From Tricharina praecox (taxonomy: Eukaryota): a stretch of DNA of 64,000 nucleotides. Positions within the stretch are counted from its first letter, which is position 1. The number at the start of each line of letters is the position of its first letter. The stretch covers positions 1,364,001 through 1,428,000 of the forward strand of contig NW_026250408.1 of assembly GCF_024521635.1 (NCBI RefSeq), written 5' to 3'. The notes under the pieces were generated by a model. The model did no database searches. It saw nothing but the letters and a program-made list of their open reading frames with translations, and was not told the origin of the DNA. This document shows positions 24,282-35,258 of the stretch, piece by piece. The translations under genes and the position numbers were made by a program.

Positions 24282-25154
24282 CTAGAACCCCCACAGCTGC
24301 TGCTGCTGCTGCCGGCGCACAATCAGAATACACAGACAGTCCTGCACGGGAACCAGCAACATGGACACGGACAGCATCTGTCCATACGACCATTCCCCCT
24401 CCTTCCCCTCAAGCCTATTAGTCACAAGCAACTCCTCGGTGAACACCACGAAGGCCACCCACTCCGCCGCCGCCATCACCAACGCGCCCACGCGCATCCA
24501 CTGCGACTTGACACGCTGCGCCGCCGGTGGAATCTCCGCCTCCACATAGCCTATCATATGCATACCGAGATCGAACCCCAGCATGGCGGAAAGCTGGAGC
24601 ACCGTCGCAGCGAGCAAGGCCACGGCGAACGTCGGTCCCACGTCTTTCTTCAGCGTCCCGCCCGTGGAGGCTTGTATGACCATGGCGACGTCGCAGTCGT
24701 GGGCGTACGCGTATTTCTCGGCAGAGACGTAGACCATCCACGCCTCGGCTGTGAACGTGAACGCCACGTACCAGTACCGCACATGCCGCGATACCGGCTG
24801 CCACACGCAGCTGCAGAAGAACGGAGGGATGATTAGTGCGAGGTAGTGCACCAAAATGAGCGAGTGGAACAGAGATAGCCGCCGCTGCCATGTCTGCACA
24901 ACTGCCGTGGAGAGGATCGCGAGCCCTGTTAGCCCCAGTGACCGCGCGAACGATGCGTGCAGATCCGTTGCGTCCACCGCGTCGCAGAGGATCGTGATGC
25001 CTGTGGGGCAGTAGACGGAGATGCGGACCTGCAGAGACGTCGGCGTTAGCACGAGGAGGCTGGAACGGGACGGACGGGGACTCACGCCTACTCCGGCAAC
25101 GTCCGCATTGCTGCTGATCACGCAGGCATCCGAAGATGCGTTTGAAGGGAGCAT
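24282..25154 (-). CDS. Uncharacterised multi-pass membrane protein; one intron ~25084-25030
   Basis: NADVAGVG|VRISVY N-terminal motif, several hydrophobic segments, C-terminal EWSYGQMLSV. Confidence 0.8.
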   Translation of the reverse strand: MLPSNASSDACVISSNADVAGVGVSPRPSRSSLLVLTPTSLQVRISVYCPTGITILCDAVDATDLHASFARSLGLTGLAILSTAVVQTWQRRLSLFHSLILVHYLALIIPPFFCSCVWQPVSRHVRYWYVAFTFTAEAWMVYVSAEKYAYAHDCDVAMVIQASTGGTLKKDVGPTFAVALLAATVLQLSAMLGFDLGMHMIGYVEAEIPPAAQRVKSQWMRVGALVMAAAEWVAFVVFTEELLVTNRLEGKEGEWSYGQMLSVSMLLVPVQDCLCILIVRRQQQQQLWGF

Positions 25155-26799
25155 GTCCGCGGTGGGGGTAGTTTCTGTGGGCGTCTGGCTGGAGTGTACC
25201 GGTGAACCGCTCGGTGAAGCTCACCGGGGGGACGGCTCGCGGGGGTAATAAACCCCGTCCAATATTCAGGACCGGCCAACGCTCCTCACTCCCCACGCTG
25301 GCCCACACTGTCCGCGCGACGCAGGAGCATTTCTCACTAACACACACGGATGTGTGCAGCAACTCAGCAGCGCAGGCAAAGCTAATATGGCGCACATCGA
25401 CCGCTCCTCCATTGCTCACTACTAGTTAGGTAGTACGGCATAGTTAGGTGCGATATCACTCCTGCGATTGCGGCATCGGTCTCCATCCTTCAAGTCTTCG
25501 ACATGGTCGTCTGTCGTACGTATATGTGGGTGTGGCCACAGGTTTGCTTTTCCCTCCCTCGGCCAGTCAAACTCCGGAGATTCTAGCCAGCTGCACCTAG
25601 GGTCGGACGCAATAGTCCTCATTTTTTTCTTCTAGAAACCTTTCCCCGCACCGTCAATGGTCATCGCTGTGCAACCAACATCGGACGCGGTAAATGCCGC
25701 ATACTAGAGTAGGTACGTAGGAAAGGCTGAAAGCTGAAGCCCGGTATCTAGGGTGAAAACTGGAATCTTTAATTCACGTGTCGGTGTTGGACCTTTGGTA
25801 TCACATCGTCTCCGGCCACTGCTGATAGGTGGACTGAGCCGAGACTAGAGAGTTGAGACTTGAGAGGAATGGGGGTGGTGATGATGGTGGGTGGTGCGCA
25901 CCGTACATACCAAAGGCGCCTACATACCACCACCCGGCGCACCTCAAGGCCTGATGGTTGGCAATCGAGGCGGAGTACATACTTAAGTACATAGGAATTA
26001 GTATGCATCGATCAGCGCGAGCACGTGTATATCAGTAGATAACTAACCAGTATGTAATCAGTACTGTTTTTGCGATGGCGTCGTGGTCAGCGGTGCAGCG
26101 GTGCATGGCCGGTCACTCGTATCCCGAGTTTCCCGGCGAGGCGGAGTGAAGTTGGGGAGGAAACCCTTCTCGCAACACAGCCAAAACCTCCTTAAGATCC
26201 GTTGCAATTGAGTTCACCAAATCGCCGCCGTACATCACGCAGGCTCCACGTGCGGATGTTAGAAGTTAATAGAGATGAGTGAGACAGGTGACAGGTGCAC
26301 CCCACGGAAATCAATCGCAGAGTGACACTGTGACACGCCGTCCTGCGTAGGTATGCATCATCTTCACTGCGTAAGCCGGCCTTGTGACTGTGCGCACTGA
26401 GCGCATTAAGGGGCCGGGCTGAGCAGTCACACCGACCCACACGCAGTGTTCGACATAGCTAGTAGTCCAGTCCGTCCATCCTAGGCCTCAGACTGGGCTG
26501 GACTGTATCTTGACAGTCCGTCCAGTCCGTACTGCAGTCCGGACGGGACTATAGTATGTCGAGCACTGGATCCGAACCCCCACCGTAGTATATAGCCGTT
26601 GATTTGGGACTGTTGATCTGGAGAGACCACTGGGACAGTGATACCGCAATTGCCATTGCCATTAAGAACGCTATGAGCGGCTGGTGACTAGTCTGGACTC
26701 GCAGTGTTCTACATAGACCCTGCGATTTTCCGGTCTGGATAAAATTAAGCAGACCAGACCTAAGCTTTGGTCGGTCTGGATATAAGTAGACTGACCATG

Positions 26800-27553
26800 T
26801 CAACTCTATCAGCCGCCCCCCAAGCGCCTAGCCTGCAGGTTTTACCAGCTCAAAACAGGGCACTGCCTCACCGGCCAGTACCTCCAGTGGACAATAAGCC
26901 GACCAGACGCCCGATTCGGATGGTGTCGCTACAAGACTCAAACCCGGGAGCACCTCTTCAAGAACTGCCACGAATGGAAGAGACAGCAGAAAATTCTGTG
27001 GGCACAGGTCCGGAAGCAGACAAGGAGGGGCAAAGATTGATTCAAGATCCGGGACCTCTTCGTAGACGAGCGCTGCAGCCAGGCAATTGTGGAATTCCTC
27101 TCTTCCACTGATGTGGGCAGACGGATGCCTGAGACCGCCGACGAAGATACAGAGAGTGAGATCTCCTAGTGAGAGCTCAGGGAGCGGGAGGAAAGGTAGG
27201 CGGAACTAAAGCGGGAGGAGGAGGAGGGTGCTGCGGTTGAGGAGCCGGGCTCCCGCCCGCTGTTCTTTCCCACACATTCCTTCATGGCATCCCTGTTAAA
27301 AGAGGCAGCAGGCGGAGGGAAGTAGGGAGAGGGAGCGGAAGATGTCTTTTCCTAGTGTTATTTCCTTAGTGCGCTCTACTTTCGTTACGGGGACAGGCCG
27401 AGGCGGTGGGCAGGGAAAATCACATCGGGTGGCCCGATTCGGGCCACTCGATGAAAGTCGGGTCGGACATTGGCGCGGAACCGGAGTGTGTACATATATT
27501 GCCATGATCTACTTAGGTCGCAACCAATTACTGATTAAACAAAAAACAAAAAA
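26800..27553 (+). mobile_element. 5'-truncated Tad1-like LINE 3' end (ORF2 C-terminal zinc finger, 3' UTR, A-rich tail)
   Basis: LKTGHCLTGQYLQW..WC..QTREHLFKNC.EWK..RDLF.DERC..FL.STDVGR with a stop; tail ttaaacaaaaaacaaaaaa. Confidence 0.85.
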
Positions 27554-27686
27554 CTGGTATCTTGCCCTGATTACGTTCCGACTCCGCATCTACACGATAC
27601 TTCCATCCGGGCTGATTCCAACTGTAGGAACACAGTTCGAAAGATGTAAGTCAGGTACTTACGATGTACCACTCTCGACGACCTGC

Positions 27687-29872
27687 TTAGGCAGCGTTAT
27701 ATCCTCTCGTTGGCGACCAGGGAGTAGCAATCGTACGATCGCCCATCTCGGTCCCGAGTCTTCCCGACTCTTTCCCCATATAACGCCACTTGGAGTATGT
27801 GTAGAAAGCAAATGCAAGCACCGTCGATGGCACGGTGAGAGCGACCCACAGCCACACTTTGAATACATCGCTGAACCATTCGTTCTGACTGAAGAACGGC
27901 ATTGACAGTATGGCCTTTTTTCCCGATCAGCACGAGCACATGGCCTAAACGCGACTGGCCTGCGGACGACTGCCAATGGGAAAAGAGGACATACGGAGAA
28001 AGCGGTGCCAGGTAGGAAGAACACCGACAGTAGCGCGATCTGCGCGAGAAAACAGGTCAGCAGCGATCTTTAACATGGTACAAGGACGAAGGTGTGATGA
28101 CTCCGATCCGAATTCTCACAGTCTTCATGGCTACACTGTCTTCTTTCATTGCGCGGGCTAAAACCTGTGATTCCTCGGATGCCTCAGCGGCTCTGCACGC
28201 CTCTCTCGCCTGGGTTTCCATGGCGTACAACTGCATCTGATGGTCTCTGTCCGATTGCATTTCTCTGTCTAGCTTTATGTACCGGGATCCCGGTTAGTCT
28301 GGATATCTTCTTGGACGCCATAGGAGATTTACCAAGGCGAGGATATTCTGAGCTTTGCACTCTAACGTATCTCGAAAAGCTGTTGCTAATTTCAGGTTGG
28401 AAGCCACCTGTTCCAGCACAATTTTTAACGACTGGGCTTCAAGGCCAACCATTGACACTTTTTGACGAGCAGTTATATCGGAGACGATATCTTCCAGTGA
28501 TGCAAGTTGCGATCGATACCAGTAGAGATGAGCGGCAATGAGGCTGATGGTTGCGGTGTGGTTGTCACGGATGTGAGAATAATCGGATGTGTATGCATAA
28601 TTATTGTTCCGCTGCAGAATAGTGCGCTCCTGCAGAAGAGTGCGCTCCTAGCCGAACGTCAGCGGGCAGAAATGACCCAGTCATTGAAAGAAAGGACCAC
28701 TAACTTCAACAATCAGCTCAGCATTAAAGCTGTTCAAGACGTTGTTCCAATACCTGATGATACTCTGGAGATAGAGTAGAGGCACCCATATATGCCCGCC
28801 GGATACCTGACTCCCATTCAATGCCTTTTTTATGCGAGCCGCAGGTTCATCAAGCAGCTTTCGGCATCTGCCATGCAAAAGATTCACGGCCATGACATCT
28901 GGCGGACTCTCATGTCCGAAGCCACGGGAGTGGATTGCGAAGTAAGAGCCTCGAACGACCACTTGCGGGTGAACAAGCTTGATTGTTTCGTATCCATCCG
29001 GTCCCCTTGCATCCGTGTCGTTCACGAAACCACTCGAAGCTAGCTGCACACGCACTGGAATCACATACCAAAAGGGGTCCCGGGATCGGATCCACCCCCT
29101 CGGTAGGGCAGACACTGGAAAGAATCATCTTCTTGCTGATGACAGTATTGACCGAGGGTACTGATGAATTCGGGATCGATTTCAAGTGCACGTATCATCT
29201 GCCTAAGCGCAGGCCCTGATATCTCAAGCTTGTGTGTATCCAGACGGCGATTGATAATGCTTCCACAAGGAGTCGTCAGCGCCCTCGGTCTCGGGGCGGC
29301 GTGTTCTTGGCTACTTACCAGAATCTTCCACGATGGCCGATTGAAGAGTCCTGGGGTGATTCATCAGCTATGCGCCAGTCATCTACGCCGAACGAAGGCC
29401 AATCAATATAGACATACCGCATCCAACCTTTGAGAAAGTTGCTCCCCATCCAATGTCTGTCCGACATACAGGGGACGGTCTATCAAGCGAAGATATGTAT
29501 CAGCTGGAGTCTCATTCATATTGAAACCAGCCCTACCTGGTCCCATCAAGATCTCATCTTCGGGTCCTGCATGGTTGCGATGGTTGGTTTGGATAAGGTC
29601 AACGGATGTACTATCGGACAAGACCTCCGATTCGAAGATTGCAAGTGCGGCTCGTATGTCATCCTCCGATTCGCTTCATTACGCGGTAAGTCAGCGTCAA
29701 CACAAGTACATCCAAGTGCTTCTCTGTTGGGAAAACCCACGTACTATGGCGCTTATAGGCATGTATATCGAACGGCCAATCTGCCGGTGGGGTGGCTTCT
29801 GAGTTGCAATCAGTATCGTCTGAAAGTTCTGAGGTGGTATAGTCTAACTAGGTATGTACCCTGTTCTGCCAT
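27687..29872 (-). CDS. Fungal CorA-like domain protein with two C-terminal TM helices; multi-exon, start uncertain
   Basis: Spliced C-terminus AMKEDSVAMKT|IALLSVFFLPGTAFS|AILSMPFF...WLWVALTVPSTVLAF; upstream exons open with canonical splice sites. Confidence 0.78.
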
Positions 29873-31230
29873 TCTTGAAACTTCGGAAGAGTTACGATTT
29901 TGGTAGTATAGAACTGGAATACTTACGGCTTTAAACAGTTTGTATCCGTCTGTTCGCACCTAAGTGTGCACCTAAGCCTAGCCGCGGAGTGGGGGCTACG
30001 ATGTCGTGTCATCGATTTATTGCTGTGTGATGCATGTGCATGTCTCACTCCAGTCCAAAGGCACAATCACTACCCGTGCCATGCAAGATTTCGTTTGCTA
30101 CTGACGGCTAATTGGCACCACTCAGCAATGGCTCGATGCGCTGTCCTCAGGCTTCTCCAGACCAGTATTTTACATAGACCAGTCGCGACTAAACTTGGGT
30201 ATGCTCGGGTCTGGTCGGGATATATCCAGACCAAAATATTTCAAGTCTGGTCGAGACGGGATATATCTGGACCATACATTATCAGGTCGGGTCGGGATAA
30301 GTCTGGCTAAGAAACAACATTAGGTGTCAGAAACGCTCCAACTACCGTCGGAAACTTAGGAATATTTTGCGGCTGATAGAGTTCTTTTGTTTTTTGTTTT
30401 TTGTTTATGTATCGACTTTATGTCGACGAGGCCCCATTGCTTCTGAACAGAGGAATATTTCCCGTAACCGCCTGTATGTTTCCGATTGTTTCCGCCTATA
30501 TCTGGATTCTGAAGGCTCTCTTGCAGCCTGCGGAACCGCTTGGCATTCAACAGCTGTAGTTCGAGCTCGAGCAGGAGATTGAGGTGAAGTTGGATATCAT
30601 TTCGAGTAGGTAGTCTTCTTATCTAAGTACACAATCACTATTGCCGCATCCCGCTCGTCTGGCCGCGCTGGCTTCTCTGCTGGCTGCCATCGCCCGACAG
30701 ACTATGTCTCAGGAATTCGGGGTAGAAGCTCCACGCCCCGGTAAAGCGCAATATCGTCACCGGCGGGTTGACTCTGCTCCTAATCAGGAACGATGCGAGT
30801 AACTGTTGAGGTTTCCGCTGTTGTGAGGGTTTGAAGGGTCAGTGAATAGTGGTAATCCAGCACCTAATCGCTGTTGACCGAGCATGATGCCATGATGGTC
30901 GGTGATATCAGTCAGAAGTAGGTAGTCCCGTGCCTCACTATCGTTTCCTCGTTGCAATGTGGCTCTTCGCAAGAGTTGCCTGTAGCGCACTCCAAGCGCT
31001 AGAATATTGCTAGCCAGAGCTTGGGCGTTTTAGTACCAGACATCAAAACCAGGATTCGAAGCTCGAAAGCTGATCGAGGTTTGGTGTGCGCAACTATGTC
31101 TCACTCGCACCGGCAGCCGGCTACCGTCGGCTCACTCGGTGTAACCTCCAATCCATGACATCAACACCTAGCTTGACCTCCACATCTTGAGCTCCCCTCG
31201 CTTACTGTCTGCCGTACCCAACACCCCACA

Positions 31231-32133
31231 ATGCGCCCTCCCACCGTCCTCCGTCTCTCTCGCGCCCTCAATGGCAGCCGGCGTATGCCCAATGCCTTGC
31301 CGCTACTTCGCCGGTACTCCGCCGCCTCACCCAGCAACCCCCCGCTCACGATCGAGACCCTGCCAGCACCGCACACAGGGCTGATCAAGCTCCTGCTGCT
31401 CTCGCGGCCCGCCGCCAAAAACGCGCTGTCCAAGCAGCTCGTTTCCGAGCTAACCCGGTTCCTCGCACCGATCCACTCCGGCGAGGACCTCAAGACGCGG
31501 GCGCTAGTCATCGGCTCCGCCGTTCCCGGCGTGTTCTGTGCCGGCGCGGACCTGAAGGAGCGGCGGTCGATGACGCGGCAGGACGTCGACACGTTCCTGG
31601 CGGACCTGCGCGGCCTGCTGAAGATGCTCGAGACCCTGCCCATTCCGACGATCAGTGCGATCTCCGGGTTTGCGCTGGGCGGCGGGCTCGAGCTCGCGCT
31701 CGCTACCGATATTAGGATCGTGGCGCCTGCGGCACAGCTCGCACTCCCGGAGACGAGGCTGGGGATCATTCCTGGCGCCGGTGGGACGTATAGGCTGCCC
31801 AGGCTGGTCGGACAGAGTAGGGCGTTGGATATTGTGCTCAGTGGCAGGCGTGTCGGCGCAATTGAGGCGGTGCATATTGGCCTCGCGAACAGGATTGTGG
31901 ACGTCGGGCCGGACGAGGAGGGGCGGGAGAGGACTATCGATGCTGCGGTTGAGGTTGCCCAGGAGATCTGTACGGGTGCGCCTCAAGCGGTCAGGATTGC
32001 AAAGAGGGTCGTGATCGCGGAGGATGAGGAAGCGGAGAATAGGGGGTATCTCGAGGTGGTCGGGACGAAGGATCGCAATGAGGCGTTGAAGGCGTTTGCT
32101 GAGAAGAGGAAGCCGGTGTTCTCTGGCTTGTAA
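31231..32133 (+). CDS. Enoyl-CoA hydratase/isomerase, probably mitochondrial methylglutaconyl-CoA hydratase (AUH-like)
   Basis: FCAGADLKER, ALGGGLELALATD, LPETRLGIIPGAGGTYRL; Arg-rich presequence. Confidence 0.92.
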   Translation: MRPPTVLRLSRALNGSRRMPNALPLLRRYSAASPSNPPLTIETLPAPHTGLIKLLLLSRPAAKNALSKQLVSELTRFLAPIHSGEDLKTRALVIGSAVPGVFCAGADLKERRSMTRQDVDTFLADLRGLLKMLETLPIPTISAISGFALGGGLELALATDIRIVAPAAQLALPETRLGIIPGAGGTYRLPRLVGQSRALDIVLSGRRVGAIEAVHIGLANRIVDVGPDEEGRERTIDAAVEVAQEICTGAPQAVRIAKRVVIAEDEEAENRGYLEVVGTKDRNEALKAFAEKRKPVFSGL

Positions 32134-32684
32134 TACCTAGAGTAGTTACGGCCGTGCTGTAGATAACTAGATCGGACGTTCAATTGAATATATGCCTTTG
32201 CTCTTTCACATATAGGATTGCATACGTGTCGCTTTCCACCATGGCGACAAACAGCGAGTGAGCCAATCGTGGAGACATGACTTCGTCTCCCGAGTGCCCG
32301 AGTCCCCAGCCTCGACGCTTGTGACCAATCACGGCTGGGAACTCGCACATGAGCCATGCAAAGTCGTCTCTGGACCATATAAACTTAGCGGTTATCGATA
32401 CGAATCTTTATTCTTTCTTTCTTTCTTATTGGCGGAGAGTTGATGTCCGGTACCTGTCTGTCTCGTGACGGACGGGAGCTCAGGAATCGGGGTTTCAGTG
32501 CGGGTACTGTCGGCGCCGGCGTTGACCGTGCCGGTCTGCCCCGCGGCCGCCAACGCGGGTTCGCCAGAGCTCATAAGCAACTGCCCCTCTCCTCCCCGCA
32601 CACCACCAAACCACCGACAGCACAACAACACAACCGAATCCCCACGACAAACTCCACGAAGACATACCTCCCCCACTCGCAATC

Positions 32685-33634
32685 ATGACCACTTCCACGC
32701 ACTCGTACGCGCACCTCCTCCCGCCGCATTACAAGACGACGATCACCTCGTGGCTGGCCGAGGACGCGCCCTCCTTCGACTACGGCGGATACGTCGTGGG
32801 GGAGTCGCCCAAGACCGCCACGCTATTCTGCAAATCCGCCGGTATCCTCGCTGGCGTCCCCTTCTTCGTCGAGGTATTCAAGCAGCTAGACTGCCGCGTG
32901 GAGTTCCACCACGGCGAGGGCGCCTCACTGGACCCTACGGCCACTTCCACGGGGAAGATCGCTGTCGCAACCGTCACCGGCGCCGCACGGAGCATCCTTC
33001 TCGGGGAGCGGGTAGCGCTGAACACGCTCGCACGCTGCTCCGGCATCGCGACGGCGAGCCGCAGCCTCGTCGAGCTCGCGCGCGCCGCAGGATACACGGG
33101 GATCATTGCGGGCACGCGGAAGACGACGCCGGGGTTCCGCGTCGTCGAGAAGTATGGTATGCTGGTTGGCGGCGCCGACGCCCACCGTCACGATCTTTCC
33201 AGCATGGTCATGCTGAAGGATAATCATGTGTGGAGCACGGGGTCGATCACGCGCGCGGTGGGCGCGGCGAAGGAGGTGGCTGGATTCAGTGTTAAGGTTG
33301 AGGTCGAGTGTCAGAGCGAGGCGGAGGCGGATGAGGCTATACAGGCGGGCGCGGATGTGGTCATGCTGGATAACTTTACGGGCGAGGGTCTGAAGGTCGC
33401 CGCGATGAGTATCAAGCAGCGCTGGGCGGCGCGTGGCAGGAGTGTGCTGCTGGAGTGCTCGGGAGGTTTGACGGCGGCCAATGTCAAGGAGTACGTGTGC
33501 AACGACATTGACATCATCAGTACCAGCTCGATTCATCAGGTAGGGTGTTTCTCCATCCAGCTATCCAGATGATAAGGCTAATCGCGTTGTAGAGCACGCA
33601 ACACGTCGATTTCTCGCTCAAGATCGATCACTAG
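32685..33634 (+). CDS. BNA6: Quinolinate phosphoribosyltransferase (nicotinate-nucleotide pyrophosphorylase); intron 33540-33592
   Basis: [47 protein letters not shown]; last exon [10 protein letters not shown]. Confidence 0.96.
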
Positions 33635-33916
33635 AGTCTAGATCACAGCGGCAGCCCATAGAAGTTCGTCAAGAGATTAATGAGTAAAGAGACCATGTTA
33701 TTTGGAAGACCAGCCAGCCCTCCCCCATTACAATCTATGTAGTCGATACCTGATCAGCGGAGACGAAGAGAAGGAAAGAAAAAAAAAGGGATCCGCAAGA
33801 GCCCGTATGAAGAAGAAAATACCATACAATCCACCATCATCATCGCCTGGTCCCCCTTTTGAAAAGCCCACCTGTATTGAATCAGAAAAGACGTAAAACG
33901 AAAACACAACCAGAGT

Positions 33917-33967
33917 CCATCCCACCCATCCATCCACCCATCCATCCACCCATCCATCCACCCATCC
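33917..33967. repeat. (CCATCCACCCAT)n simple repeat between convergent genes
   Basis: About four 12-bp units read directly. Confidence 0.85.
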
Positions 33968-34419
33968 AAGTAGAGTACAAAGAAAAGAAAAATCCAGCAG
34001 TAGTCAGTAAGTATGTAGCAGCAATCCCCAACGCACAATCCCTATCTATCAACAGTAAGAAAAGAAAGGGGAAAATAAAAAATACAGAGAAAGGAAAATA
34101 GAACAGAAAGGGTATCCGTCAAATCACAAACGTATGAATGAATAGGAGTATCAACAGAGGAGAAACATGAAAGAGAGGAGTAAAGGAGGGTGTAAGATGA
34201 AAGAAAAGTATAATGGCAGAAGAGGACAATGCGATAGCAGCGTAGCAGCAAGAAATGAGTAGGCATGCATCATCGTAATTGTCGCTGTCATGGGAATGAG
34301 CAGAGCATCTGGTTTCATCACTCATGCCCGGGCACTCGAATGTGCAAATCCTCCCGCCCGTAGGATAACAAAACCGGCAGAGATATGTCCAAGCAGGTCA
34401 ACAGTCGAGAGCAGGCCGA

Positions 34420-35258
34420 CTACATAATCGCGCAACACCACTTCTTCTCCGCCCTGTCGTCGTCGTCGTAGTCGTCCATACTACTGATCTCCTTCTTCTG
34501 CTTTTCCTCGCCCTGGTGGGCGGCTGTACCGGGTTTGTAGGGCGCACCGTTCTTGACCGCCTCTCGTGCGGCAACGACTCTTCGGACGAGCAGCTCGAAC
34601 GTCTCCTCGATGTTGACGACGTTCCTAGCACTAGTCTCCATAAACCCGCAATCGTGATCCCGGGCCCAGATGAGTCCTTGCGCACTGGTCACGGCCCTCG
34701 AATTCGCGAGATCGCACTTATTGCCGGCAACGATTTTGATGTGCGGTACGGCGCCCGGACGCGTCATACGCTCCTCGGACTCCATCTCGATCAGGTCGTT
34801 GAAATAGTCGAGCGCCACGAGCGACTCGGAGGTTGTGATGTCGTACACAAGCAAGTATGCGTCCGCCTCGAGGTTGGACGCTGCCCATAGTCCACGGTAC
34901 TCTTCCTGTCCGGCAGTGTCTGCGAGTCGTTAGCGACCACTCGTACACATTGTCTCTCCCGGCAACTCTGTGGATGGCGGGTGGGTGGATGGGTGGGTAC
35001 CGGTAAGGTTAAGATGGTACGTCCGCCCGTCGACGATACGGGTCACCGAGTAACTGTCTTGGACGGTAGGATCATATTCGTGGGTCCACTTGGATCGCAC
35101 AAGACGTAGCGAGATGGAAGATTTTCCTGTAGGTGCGCCGCGGGCGGTCAGTACGTGCGCAAGTAAGGGGGGTTATCTTAGCAGTCGGGCGTCGTCATAC
35201 CTGTACCGCCGTCGCCGCAAACGGTGATCGAGATGCTTTCGGGCGCGTTGTCCGACAT
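34420..35258 (-). CDS. Ras-family small GTPase (divergent), 3 exons
   Basis: CGDGGT|GKSS, YDPTVQDSY, DTAGQEEY, GNKCD, ETSAR; CaaX tail WCCAIM. Confidence 0.93.
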
